From NCBI RefSeq assembly GCF_030028105.1, contig NC_092381.1, positions 106,939,835-107,003,834 of the forward strand: a DNA stretch of 64,000 bases, in the 5' to 3' direction. The notes below the pieces were generated by a model. The model searched no databases, was not told the origin of the DNA, and was given only the letters and a program-made list of their open reading frames with translations. Each line of letters starts with the position of its first letter. Position 1 is the stretch's first letter. The stretch comes from Mobula birostris. Its lineage: Eukaryota. The position numbers and the translations under genes are program-made. Positions 35,206-48,200 of this stretch are shown piece after piece.

Positions 35206-35308
35206 TTACCGAGCAGACACACAGACGTACCAGCCGTACAATAAGGACTGGCTGAAGGAGAAGATCTACATTCTGCTTCGCCGGCAGGCACAGCAGGCAG
35301 GGAAATAA
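35206..35308 (+). CDS. ERH: ERH exon 4 (coding part)
   Basis: cacag|[33 protein letters not shown]; total CDS 3+88+121+103 = 315 nt = 104 aa. Confidence 0.97.
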
Positions 35309-35931
35309 CTTTGGCCTGTCTCTTCTGATCCATGTTTGGCTCAGAGAGAGCGGTTCTACCAACTTGTGTTCTTTTTTCTTTGTAGTTCACAGATGTTCCT
35401 CTCCAGGTCTCGGCTGTACCTAAGTACATTGATTCGAGATCTGAGGTATTTTTGTAGAAATAATTTTGAATTTTTTCCCTGCCCCCCGCCCCTCGACCAC
35501 CATCCATTAGCTCTTTTTTTTAGAAAAATCATGCATTGCTGTTTTAAGATAGACCCGTGTTCAGTGCAATGAAGAGTCTTGTATGTTCTTATAGCATCCT
35601 AGATGCAAGTCATGTCATGTGAACCTTTTGATGCTTTTTTTCTCGGGAAGGACCCTGACAAACTTGCCTGTCATCTGTTCAGACGTCCAGTTTTCTTGCA
35701 TGCAGGACAACTCGTTGTTAGTGGTTTTGCAAACACTTTTTTCTGTGATATCCTGTTTATACATCAGCGCGACGCTAAGTGTGGTTGTTAGGAAATGACA
35801 TTTTGGTTAGACGCGCTTCCTAGAACACTGAAACTTCCCTTAGGGACATGCTGCGTATTTGCCAGACAAAGGTCTCCTTATCCAGTAACCTTTATTCTTG
35901 CTTTCTCTGGTTGTATTTGTGATTTTTGCAG

Positions 35932-35954
35932 ATTAAAGATGTTTTAATATTAAA
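35932..35954 (+). terminator. Candidate ERH polyadenylation signals
   Basis: Two ATTAAA hexamers (35932, 35949) at the end of a ~620-nt TE-free U-rich segment, followed by GT-rich sequence. Confidence 0.55.
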
Positions 35955-36289
35955 CTGTTTCATTGAGTTGGCTTTTGATTATAAGAAAATGGAGTCTGAG
36001 GCTGGGTGGCATCTTGTTTTTGCTGTAGGTTCCTCCCTAGAAGCAGGATTTAGCTCCAATTTAACTCTGTCCTACAGGAGGATTGGGAAATTCTACAGAC
36101 CTTACTGTTCAGTCCTTGCTACAGACAACAGTGTGGCTACATTCTGGCTAATGGGTGAAAAGTCCATTGGAGCCCCGGTGAGGTGGCACCAGATGTGAGG
36201 GAGATTGGATCAGAGTATTCTTGTGTCTCTACCTGAGTTTCCCCTCAGTAGGCTGAGTGTTTTTCTTCAAGGAGTGAAAAGACATTTCA

Positions 36290-37200
36290 GAATCCGATTT
36301 ACTGTCACTGGCATACTATGGGGCATGAAATTTGTTGTTTTGTGGCAGCAGTACATTGCAATGCATAATAAAATATAAATTACTATATATATATATATAA
36401 ATATGAGTAATGCAAAAAAGAAAGAAATGAGGTGGTGTCCATGGGTTCAGTGTCCACTCAGAAATCTGATGGCAAAGGGGAAGAAGCTGTACCTGAAACG
36501 TTGAGTGTGTGTCTGTAGGCCCTTGCACCTCCTTGGTAATGGTAGCAATAAGAAGAGGGAATGCCCTGGGTGATAGGGGTCCGTTTGAGGCATTAACTTT
36601 TGGATTTTGTCCTGGATACTGGGTATGTTGTGCAGATGGAGCATACTTGCGTTTACAGCTTTCTGCAGCCTCTTCTGATGCTGTGCAGTGACCCCTCCAC
36701 ACCAGACAGTGATGCAGTCAGTTAGAATGCTCTCCATGAAACATCTGTCGAAATGTACGTCTGGTGACATACCAAGTCTCCTCAAACTCCACATGAACTA
36801 TAGCCACTGATGTGTGTTCTTTGTAATTGCATCAATGTGCTGGACTCTGGACAGATTTTCAGAGATGTGGGCACCCAGGAACTGGAAACTGCTCACCCTT
36901 TCCACTGCCAATCCCTGAATGAGGACTGGTATAAGCTCCCTCAACTTCCCCTTCCTGACGGTCACAATCAATTCCTTGGTCTTACTGATGTTGAGTGCAA
37001 TGTTGTTGTGACACTACTCGGCCAGCTGATCAATCTCACCCCTGTACGCTTCCTTGTCGCCATCTGAAATTCTGCCAACAATAGTTGCGTCATCAGCAAA
37101 TTTATCGATGGTGTTTGAGCTTCGCACAGCCATGCAGTCGGGGCTGTTAGAGAGTACAGCACACTGGTGTTGACTGTCAGTGAGGAGATGCTGGTCTCCT
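36290..37200 (-). mobile_element. Rex1/Babar-like LINE fragment between the converging genes
   Basis: KFADDATIVGRISDGD, ESILTDCITVW, QRFRYSFFPFAIRFL. Confidence 0.8.
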
Positions 37201-37269
37201 GCTGAGGAAGACGAGGATCCAGTAGTAGAGATTTGAAGCAGTTGTACAGACACTCATAAATCACAACAC

Positions 37270-39198
37270 TCCCAAACAGTCAACATTTTATTTATTGAAA
37301 CAATCCTGCACACCTTGGAAGAAAGTTAACTCCAGGGTTTTGTGATTTACAACATCCGTGGGTTTTCACGTGAATGATTGTTTTAAAGTGTTTTTACCCA
37401 CAAACAAAACAACTATAAAATTGTAACATGTCAATGCTCTTAACTCTTGTACATTGCTTTGAGGCAGAACCAAGGTAATCAATTGGATCAGAGAGAGACC
37501 TCAACTCCCTTTGTATTACAATTCTCCAAAGTAAGTGTACAAACTCACAGTGCAAACACTCGTTCACAAAATGAAAGCTGAATTTAGTGGCAAAAAAGGA
37601 AAAAAAAAATCCATTCTCACTGGAAGTTTCTGGAAACTGATGAATTACCTTTTGCAGTTATTTATACACAATGTACAAATACAAAAGTAAGATGATTGGT
37701 GCATAACATACTTACAGTTTTAAATCTGTTAGGAAACTGTGGTTTATTGGGTGAATTTATGATCAAAGACTTTTTGAACTGAAGTTTGATACTTGCTGCA
37801 CCTGGTGACTTTTAGCCTGTTTAACAGGTATCTGTATTTTTCTACAATCAAACGAGCTGGAGAGTGTGTGTAGCTGCTCTGGTGTCTCAATGCATTTCCA
37901 GTCTTGTCACTTTAGCCCTAGAGCCACTGTGGAGTACTGAAACTCTAATCTGCGCCCCTGAATGGAGGGTCACTGGATCTGCACACTGTCTCGTCAACAG
38001 CTAAAGGGTTAGTGTCAGAGGTATGCACATCAACATTTAATGGTCAGAGGCTGACTGGTTCTAATTTCAGCATGGATTGATATAATTTCAGATTTTCACT
38101 GTTCAAGTGTTTTTTGGTGAGTTCAGATTTAGATGATGGGGCTCGTTCCTACGGTTAGTAGGCTCTGTAAATCAGTGAATCCTCTATATAGTGAGGTTAT
38201 AGTGAAACTACAGTTTCTCAGAATTAAACAGAAGGTAAGGAAACCACAGGACAGAATGCTGTGGACTTTCGTGAAGGTAAGCATAATATTTTTAAGCTCC
38301 TCACTGTAAAATCAATAGTTAAAATGCTCCGTTTCCAATTTTTGCCTTGTTCGCACTTGGTTTATTGTTATACACATACACACAGCTGTACGGTTCCTCA
38401 CGTATAGGAGGTTTTAGCTGGTTGCATATCGCGGAGGCCATCCGTCTGCTAACGGCGGATCTCATGCTAGGCTACCCTTATCCTCTTTAAAATAGCATGC
38501 AAAACCCAACAGAGATTTGGCCAAGGAATCTTTGTGATTGTCCTTGGTTAAAAAGCATCTGAGGCGATATAGAAGTTGAGGGACAGCGGGAGTCCCTTCA
38601 TCGGCCAGGCCCCGCTTGCTGTTTAAAACAATTCAAACCTCAACAATTTTTAAAATCTTAAAACACTCTATTAAAAGGTTCGATTGAGTGACAACAGCAA
38701 TTCTCATTACCCACAGGTAAAACAATGACAATATCAGCAATCTGTCAAAAACACTTGTTTTTAAAAAAACTACAAAACCAGAGGTAACTAAGTAAAGAAT
38801 TTTTCTAGCCTGGTTAAACTGGAATGCTGGATTTGTGCTCAGTACCTCTGACTAAAAAGAGTAAAAGAATTGACTTTAAATTCTGGTGTCTAGACTGGTT
38901 GGAACACGTTGGGCTGAGGACATTGGTGCAGTCTGGACTCAATATATCACTACTCAGCAACAATGGACGTCATCCCTAACTTTGAGTTAAAAGTACCTGG
39001 AAGCAGATATTTATATCCCAAAGAACATCCTCAGTCCACAGTCTCTATAACAACACAGGCAACTGTGCCACATCACTCCACTGTCCTGGGGAAGCAGATA
39101 TTTATATCCCAAAGAACATCTTCAGTCCACAGTCTCTATAGGTACAGCACAGGCAACTGTGCCACACCACTCCACTGTCCTGGGTTTACCTTTGCCAG
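37270..39198 (-). other. 3' UTR of the ZNF541/TRERF1-like gene with overlapping AATAAA signals
   Basis: tttatttatt at 37287-37296 is AATAAATAAA on -; AT-rich ~1.9 kb with no recognisable TE, directly after the stop codon. Confidence 0.65.
39001..39184. repeat. Two-copy ~91-bp tandem duplication
   Basis: aagcagatatttatatcccaaagaacatc...ctccactgtcctggg starts at 39001 and at 39092. Confidence 0.9.
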
Positions 39199-39397
39199 CT
39201 AGTGGTGAGCTCCCAATGGTTTGGTGATGTCAGGCAGATTGTTTGGGTCGAAGACTACAACCGCCTCCTCTGGTTTCTCCTTTATCTCAACTTTCAACCG
39301 AATTCTTGATCGTTTCATCTTCTCCTGCCTTTCTTGTTCCTCTTGTTGTCTGTGGCATTTCATGTGGGCGTTTCGACTTTTCACTTTTTCAAATACT
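39199..39397 (-). CDS. ZNF541/TRERF1/MIDEAS-family gene, last coding exon
   Basis: Acceptor tatttcag; K-VFEKVKSRNAHMKCHRQQEEQER completes a C2H2 finger split across the intron (YPCKECTK|VFEK..H..CH), typical of this family; stop TAG at 39199. Confidence 0.85.
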
Positions 39398-39739
39398 CTG
39401 AAATAGGCAGAATAAATATCCATATGTCATCAGGGTTGCTGTTAGTTTATCGCAACATCAAAATAATCAGAATGAAAAAGCTTGTGGCACACTGGCCTTC
39501 ATAAATCAAAGTACTGAGTACTTTGGGATGTTTGTTGAAGTTGTATAAGATGTTGGTGAGGCCTAATTTTGAGTGTTTTGTGTAGTTTTGGTCACCTGCC
39601 TACAGGAAAGATGTAAATAAGATAGGGTACAGAGGAAATTTATAAGGATGTTGCTGGGTCTGGAGGACCTGAGTTATAAGATTGAATAGATTTATTTCCT
39701 GAATTTAGAAGGTTGCGGGGAGACTTGATAGTGAGATAC

Positions 39740-41552
39740 ACCTGATATTTTCCCAAAGTCATCCAACAGTGTAAACAATCCTATAAATGATTTTTCTGGT
39801 TCACTCAGATAGACCAAAACATCATCTGCGAATAACGCCACTTTCTGTTCAATCCCTGCCACCTTGATACCTTTTACGATTTCGCTCTGTCTTATTAGTT
39901 GGGCAAGCGGTTCAATATATAGCACAAAAAGGAGAGGAGAAATTGGGCATCCCTGTCTAGTGCCTCTCTCTAAGATGAAGGAGTCAGAGAGGTCCCCATT
40001 TATCTTAATTTGGGCTGTAGGGCTGTCATATAGAGTCTGAATTACTTTAATAAACTTTTCTTGAAAGCCGAATCTTCCTAACGCTCTGTATAGGAATGCC
40101 CAACTAACCGAATCAAAAGCTTTCTCAGCGTCCAATCCTACTACCATTGTCTCTGTCTCGTTATTAACCTGTTCTAATATGTGCAGAGTTGTCCTTATGT
40201 TGTCCTGTGTTTGTCTTTGTTGAATAAATCCAGTCTGGTCTAAGTGGATTAGGCCAGGTAAAAGCTTTTCCAATCTGCGCGCTAATATAGATGTAAATAG
40301 TTTGTAATCTAAATTAAGAACACTAATTGGCCGATAATTGCCACATTCTAGTTTATCTTTACCCTCTTTAGGAATAACTGAAATAATCGCTTCTCTCCAG
40401 GAAAGTGGAGTTTCTCCTCTCTGCAAGATCCAATTAAAGGTGTTAAGTAGTAATGGGGCCAACTGTGTCTTCAGGGACTTGTACCACTCTGAGGTAAACC
40501 CATCAGAACCTGGGGACTTTCCAGCCTTTAACCTAGAGATGACCACGTTCAGTTCTTTGACAGTTACTGGTTCTAATAAACTTTCATTTTGTAAATCTGT
40601 AAGTTTAGGTAGATCTAAAAAATTCAATACACTGTCTATATAGGGCTCATTGGAGGCCCGAGGTTGGGAGTACAGCTCTCGATAATATGTTTCAAAACTC
40701 TCTTGAATTTGCCCTATTGTACTCTCCACAAGCTTTGTCTTTGGATTCTTTATTTTATGAATTGTATTGTCTGCTTGTTGTTTTCGTAATTTATATGCTA
40801 ATAATCTAGCTGATTTACTTCCTACTTCATAATTCTTTTGTCTCAGGTAAAGAAAATTTCTTTGAGTTTCCAACGTATAAATATCGTCAATTTCACTTTG
40901 CAATTTCCTAATTTCCTGTTTTCGATTTGAATTACTCTTGTTGCTATCTACAACTTGAAGTTGTTTTAATTTTCCTTGAAGGTCTGCTAATTTTTGTGCA
41001 TTGATTTTTTTCATGTGAGTGGTAATGGAAATAATTTTCCCCCTCAGTACAGCTTTCAATGTATCCCATAAGATCACTGGTGATGTTTCTCCCGTGTCAT
41101 TAAGGTCTAGATATTCTTTGATTTCTCCCCTTAATCTCTCCATTACTTTCGGGTTATTGAGTATATGTGAGTTTAGCCTCCATAGTGTTTTCCTCATTTT
41201 CCTTTCCAGGATTAGAGACATAGAGACTGGGCTATGATCCGACAGATCAATTGTTGCAATATTACAGTTTTTTATCCTGAGTCTATCTGTATTAAAGAAA
41301 TAGTCTATCCTTGAATAGGCTGAATGAGGGAAAGAGTAATATGTATAATCTTTACTAGTAGGGTGTAATTCCCTCCAGACATCTATAATTCCCAACTCCT
41401 CCATCAATGAATTCACTTTCCGAGTCAGAGGTTTATTCTGAGTAACTATTCTTGAAGAATCTAATATAGGATTTAATCTAATATTAAAATCCCCTCCACA
41501 AATTACTACCCCTTGAGAACTGACCATTAGGTCAAAAATGTGTCTATAAAAT
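39740..41552 (-). mobile_element. L1-clade LINE ORF2 internal fragment (endonuclease end to RT)
   Basis: GGDFN, YSRIDY, SDH, WRLN, PGSDGF, YRPISVLN, DAEKAFD, GTRQGCPISP, LFADD; ~600 open codons, truncated at both ends. Confidence 0.9.
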
Positions 41553-42990
41553 GGTAACCCCACTTTTTAAAAAAGGAGGGAGAGAGAAACCGGGGAATTA
41601 TAGACCGGTTAGCCTAACGTCGGTGGTGGGGAAACTGCTGGAGTCAGTTATCAAAGGTGTGATAACAGCACATTTGGAAAGCGGTGAAATCATCGGACAA
41701 AGTCAGCATGGATTTGTGAAAGGAAAATCATGTCTGACGAATCTCAGAATTTTTTGAGGATGTAACTAGTAGAGTGGATAGGGGAGCACCAGTGGATGTG
41801 GTATATTTGGATTTTCAAAAGGCTTTTGACAAGGTCCCACACAGGAGATTAGTGTGCAAACTTAAAGTACACGGTATTGGGGGTAAGGTATTGATGTGGA
41901 TAGAGAATTGGTTAACAGACAGGAAGCAAAGAGTGGGAATAAACGGGACCTTTTCAGAATGGCAGGCGGTGACTAGTGGGTTACCGCAAGGCTCAGTGCT
42001 GGGACCCCAGTTGTTTACAATATATATTAATGACTTGGATGAGGAAATTAAATGCAGCATCTCCAAGTTTGCGGATGACACGAAGCTGGGTGGCAGTGTT
42101 AGCTGTGAGGAGGATGCTAAGAGGATGCAGGGTGACTTGGATAGGTTAGGTGAGTGGGCAAATTCATGGCAGATGCAATTTAATGTGGATAAATGTGAAG
42201 TTATTCACTTTGGTGGCAAAAATAGGAAAACAGATTATTATCTGAATGGTGGCCGATTAGGAAAAGGGGAGGTGCAATGAGACCTGGGTGTCATTATACA
42301 CCAGTCATTGAAAGTGGGCATGCAGGTACAGCAGGCGGTGAAAAAGGCGAATGGTATGCTGGCATTTATAGCGAGAGGATTCGAGTACAGGAGCAGGGAG
42401 GTACTACTGCAGTTGTACAAGGCCTTGGTGAGACCACACCTGGAGTATTGTGTGCAGTTTTGGTCCCCTAATCTGAGGAAAGACATCCTTGCCATAGAGG
42501 GAGTACAGAGAAGGTTCACCAGATTGATTCCTGGGATGGCAGGACTTTCATATGAAGAAAGACTGGATGAACTGGGCTTGTACTCGTTGGAATTTAGAAG
42601 ATTGAGGGGGGGATCTGATTGAAACGTATAAAATCCTAAAGGGATTGGACAGGCTAGATGCAGGAAGATTGTTCCCGATGTTGGGGAAGTCCAGAACGAG
42701 GGGTCACAGTTTGAGGATAAAGGGGAAGCCTTTTAGGACCGAGATTAGGAAAAACTTCTTCACACAGAGAGTGGTGAATCTGTGGAATTCTCTGCCACAG
42801 GAAACAGTTGAGGCCAGTACATTGGCTATATTTAAGAGGGAGTTAGATATGGCCCTTGTGGCTACGGGGATCGGGGGTATGGAGGGAAGGCTTGTGCAGG
42901 GTTCTGAGTTGGATGATCACCCATGATCATAATAAACGACGGTGCTGGCTCGAAGGGCCGAACGGCCTATTCCTGCACCTATTTTCTATC
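41553..42990 (+). mobile_element. 5'-truncated CR1 copy of the same family as 23631-26822
   Basis: Near-identical to 25376-26810, with a few frameshifts and a stop. Confidence 0.93.
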
Positions 42991-44444
42991 TGTGATACAG
43001 TTTAACCTCTTTTCTTTTAATGTTCTTTCTTTCCTTTTCAAGGTGGCTGAGGAACTGTCAGAGTTCATGACCCATAACTGCACTGCAGTTCCCTTTGGCG
43101 GTAGGTTCTCGCTAAGCAGCCCAGCTCAGTGTTTTCAGTATCTCCAGCAGCTGCCAGAAAGATGTGTGCCTTTGGGGTGCAGTCCTGTGGACGACCCGAT
43201 TCCTCACCAGTGTCACTGACTGAAGCATCGCGTGAAATTGAAACATTGAGACAGCAGTGTATGCTGCTGTTGAAATAAGTGATTCTGCAGACTGTAACAC
43301 TGAAACAGCCAGCTGCTGGTCCCCCCTCTCTCTATGGCAGGAGCGATATCTCTCTCTCTGGGAGGGGGAGAGAGAGCCTGTGGGATATCGAGGTGGAAGG
43401 ACTCTAGATATTGTCTCTGGGGGCTTTGCTATTACTTGTATGGTGGGTGATGAGGGGAGTTTATGCTTTTGCTGAAACGGGGAAGGGGGAAGGGAGAGTT
43501 AATGCTTTTGCTGCTGGCTGTGTGTGGAGGAACTGGGATTCTGATGATTTCTGTCGTTCTTTGGGGTTTCTTCTGTTTCATAGATGTCTGTGAAGATTAA
43601 GAATTTCAGGTTGTATATTGTATACATTCTGATATTAATTTGAACCACTGAAGCAGTCAGTGCAAATACTCAGCATTCGTTTGTCAAAATGTTACAGATA
43701 TATAAATGTGCGGCGGTATAATTAGCATTAGGGACTTAATTAAAACTATATGAAGATAAAACTGAAATACTTTTAGTTTTCCAAAGCCAAGATAAACTTG
43801 GAGACTTGGCTCCCCTTGTAAGATCAGAAATAGCAAGTCTGGGTGTTATCCTTGATTCAGATTTGAATTTTAAATCCCACATAATGAGCAGGGCAGCATT
43901 TACACTCTATAAGAAATTTTACAAAGGTATGTTTGTTTCTGTCATGTAATAAATGGCAAAGAAAGCTATCGTATTTTTCCTTTATGGAACAGGCCCTTCC
44001 AGCCATTCGAACTGCTTCACCCAGCAACCTCCGATTTAACCCTAGCCTAATCATGAGACAACTTACAATGACCAATTAACCTACCAACCGGTATGTCTTT
44101 GGATTGAGGGAAGAAACTGGAGCACCCGGAGGAAACCAACAGTCGTGGGGAGAATATCCAAACTCCTTACAGGCAGTGGCAGGAATTGAACCCGGGTCAC
44201 TGGTACTGTAAAGCTTTGTGCTAACCACTACATTACTGGTAATACTTCATTCTACTGTTAAAATACCTGAAATTGAGTGAATCGACTTTGGAACTGGATG
44301 GAAAATTAGTAAGTGATGTACTGTGCATTGTTAATGTTGGCATGGGTTCTCATCTGAAAACAATTTACATGTAAAAACGTCTCAAAATGTTTTTGGTAAT
44401 GAAAATAACAAGAAATCACTAATGAGATGAACAACAATCTTCTA

Positions 44445-44950
44445 ACATTGTTCCCAATGCGACCTCCACTACATTGGTGAGCCCTGATGTAAATTGGGGG
44501 ACCATTTCATCAAGCTCCAGTGTAAAAAGCAGGATTTCCCAGTGGCCAACCATTTCAATTCCTATTCCCGTTCCCATTCCGATATGTCAGTCCATGGCCT
44601 CTTCTGTCATGACGATGGCACCCTCAGGTTGAAGGTTTTCCATCTAGGTAGCCTCCAACATGATGGCATGAATATCGATTTCTCCAGCTTCTAGTAATTT
44701 TTCATTCTTCTCTCCTATCAGATTCATCCTTCTCCAGCCCTTTACCTTTTCCACCTCTCACCTCCCAGATTTTCATCTCCCTCCCCCACCCACCGGGCTT
44801 CACCTCCCAGCTCATCCTCCTTCCGCACTCCCCCCGCCCCGCCTTCTTATTCTGGCACCTTCCCCCTTCCTTTCCAGTCCTGATGAAGGTTCTGGGCCCA
44901 GAACATCGACTGTTTATTCATTTCTATGGATGTTGTGTGGCTCGCTGTGG
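44445..44950 (+). mobile_element. PLE GIY-YIG 3' end and pLTR
   Basis: YIGE...LGDHF...PVANHFNS..HSDMSVHGL; hammerhead-like cagtcCTGATGA...catcgactg at ~44875-44912. Confidence 0.75.
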
Positions 44951-45240
44951 CAAGTGGGTAGGCCTGTCTGCCTCGTGTGGTGTCCCTCTCTTTCGATGAA
45001 TTTGGTCATATTGTGGTTCTGTGTTTATGGATTGGACTACTACGTTTATGAACTGTGGACTTTTTTATATTCTGTGTTTCTTTAATCACTGTTTCTTTTC
45101 TGTTCTGTTGTGCGAGGGGAAGAAAGTTTGACAGTTGATGTCCCCATCCCGTTTTGTGTGGGGAGGGGGTCAATCATCAGGCTGCCGTTTGTTTTGTATG
45201 GGGGGGGTGGGTTTGATGTTTCTCTCTGAACGACTTACGG

Positions 45241-48200
45241 TGTGGCGGCCCACATATGTGAGACTCGAACTGCCATCGGGAGCTGCGGGCAGACACGTGG
45301 TAGTGCATTTGGAAACTACCCACTCGGGGCAGATCTTCCGGGTACAGTCTGATGTCACGTCTGCCCTGCGGGTCATAGGGGCCCATGGGAGGGGAGATTT
45401 AAGCGCGCGATTTTGAATCAGTAAAGGTATTCTGAGTTCATCCCTCTCTGCCTCCGTGTGTTTCTTTAGTAGCGCGTTTGTGTGCGACTACATTGGTGAC
45501 CCCGACGTTCCAGACGGCATCTGGAGCCGGTGACTCAGTGACCAGCCATGAGTTCGAGCAACTCGCACAGCGCTGTCTCTCTGAAGCTCCTGACTTTCTG
45601 GGCCACTCAGCCCCACGTTTGGTTCGAGCAGACTGAGGCTCAGTTCAATATCAGAGACGTTACAGCCGACGCCACGCGGTACTACTACGTGGTCAGCACA
45701 CTCGACCAGGAGACGGCAGGCTGGATCATCGACCTCCTATGCCAGCCACCAGCGGAGGACAGCTACACTAAGCTTAAGGCGCTCCGGATCCGTAGCTTCG
45801 GACCCTCCCGCCACGCAGCTCCTACACATGGGCGACCACACGCTATCCCAGCTCATGAATGATATGCTGGCACTCATGGACGGCCATAAGCCGTGCCTTT
45901 TATTTGAACAGTTGTTCCTTGAGCAAATGCCAGAGGACATTCGCCGCCTCCTCGCAACTGAGGATTTCAGCGACCCACGCAGGGTCGCGACTAAAGCAGA
46001 TGTCCTTTGGCAGAGCAAGCAACGTGGAGCAGCCTCCATTGGCCTAGCTATGATCGCGCACCCCAAAGCCCAGGCCCCGCCACCGAAGCCGTCAAGACGC
46101 ACGGGGGAAAAAGATGAAAGTTCGGAACAATGGTGTTTCTGTCACCAAAGATGGGGCTCAGGCACGTGCTGCTGCCGTCCACCATGTGCTTTTCCGGAAA
46201 ATGCTGGGGCCAGCCGTCGTTAATGGCTACGATGGCTGGCTACCAAGACAGCCTCCTGCACTTCTGGGACCGACACTCTGGGCGGCGCTTCCTGGTAGAC
46301 ACCAGGGCCGAACTCAGCGTACTCCCCCCCCCCCCCCCCCCGAACATGGACACTCGTAACGCGGTCCCAGGCCCCGAACTCACCGGTACAAATGGCACCA
46401 GTATTCGGACGTACGGCCCGCAAACTATCGCACTGCATTTCGGGTCCAGCCATTTCACTTGGACTTTAACGTTGGCAGCGATGTCACAGCCACTACTAGG
46501 GGCAGGTTTCCTACGAGCCAACTGCCTCCTGGTCGACCTAAAAGGCCAGCGTTTGGTCCACGCCAAGACGTTCCAAACTTTCCAGCTCAGAGAAGCCAAG
46601 CTACCGGCCCTCCACCTGGATTCCGTGATCCTCTCGGGTAACGAATTCACCAGGGTGTTGGCTGAATTCCCCTCCATAGTCACCCCACAGTTCTCCACGG
46701 CCGACTCCAAGCACGGCGTGCAGCACCACATCCCCACGCAAGGACCACCACTGCACGTCGAGCTCGCAGGCTCCTACCTGACAAGCTCCACCTCACCAAG
46801 GAGGAGTTCCGTAAGATGGAAGAGATGGGAATGGTACGCCGCTCAGACTGCCCGTGGCCCTGCGGAGACTACAGAAGGCTCAACAACGCCACAACCGCCG
46901 ACAGGTACCCGCTACCCCACATCCAGGACTTCACAGCGAACCTGCACAGAGCGACTGTCTTCTCGAACATCGACCTGGTCAGGGGATACCATCAGATCCC
47001 AGTGCACCCCGACGACATGCCCAAGATAGCCCTCATCACCCCGTTCGGCTTGTTCGAATTCCTGAGGATGCCTTTCGGTCTCAAGAATGCAGCCCAAATT
47101 TTCCAAAGGCTCATGGACTCGGTGGGACGCGGCCTGGATTTCGTTTTCACTTACTTGGATGATATCCCGGTGGCCAGCAGTTCGCACCAAGAGCACGTGG
47201 CACATTTGCGCCAGCTCTGCCAACGCCTGAGCAACTATGGACTGGCAATCAATTCAGCGAAGTGCCAGTTCAGGCTGACAGAGATCATCTTGTGGGCCAC
47301 AGAGTCAACCGACATGGCGCAGTTCCCCTACCGGACAAGGTCCAGGCCGTCCGCCAGTTCCCCAAGCCCAGCACAGTCAAGGGCCTGCAGGAGTTCGTAG
47401 GGATGGTCAACTTTTATCATCGGTTTGTGCCGGCGGCGGCACGCATCATGAGACCCTTGTTCAGCCTGATGGCTGGCAAGGCCAAAGAGGTGGCATGGGA
47501 CGCGGGGTCCACGGAGGCGTTCGAGCAGGCCAAGGAGGCGCTGGCAAAAGCAGCCCTCCTAGTACACCTGAAAGTCGGTGTACCCACGGCACTCACAGTC
47601 GACGCTTCCGACACGGCAGTGGGCAGAGTCCTGGAGCAGCTTGTCAAGGACCAGTAGTGACCACTCGCTTTCTACAGCCGGCACCTACAGCCACCAGAGG
47701 TGAAGTACAGCGCTTTCGACAGAGAGTTGCTAGCGCTCTACCTGGCTGTCCGGCATTTCCGGTACTTCCTCGAGGGAAGGGAGTTCACCGTGTATACGGA
47801 CCACAAGCCCCTCACCTTCACACTGGCCAAGGTATTGGACCCATGGTCGGCTCGGCAGCAGAGGCACCTGTCCTTTATTTCAGAATTCATCACAGACATC
47901 CGCCACATCGCAGGGAAGAACAACGTCGTCACCCACACACTGTCTCGCCCCTGTCTCCACTCAGTAGGCATATCGTCCTCAGGAATGGATTAAGCAGCAC
48001 TGGCAGAAGCACAACAGTCGGACACCGAGATCCCGGCTTACCGCACTGCCGTTTCGGGGCTCCAGCTGGAGAACGTCTCCATCGGCCCGGCAGCGGATCA
48101 ACTCCTGTGCGACGTGTCTATCGGCAAACCCCGACCCGTGGTACCAGCAGCAAGGAGGCGCCGGGTGTTCGACACGCTGCACGACCTGGCCCACCTGTCC

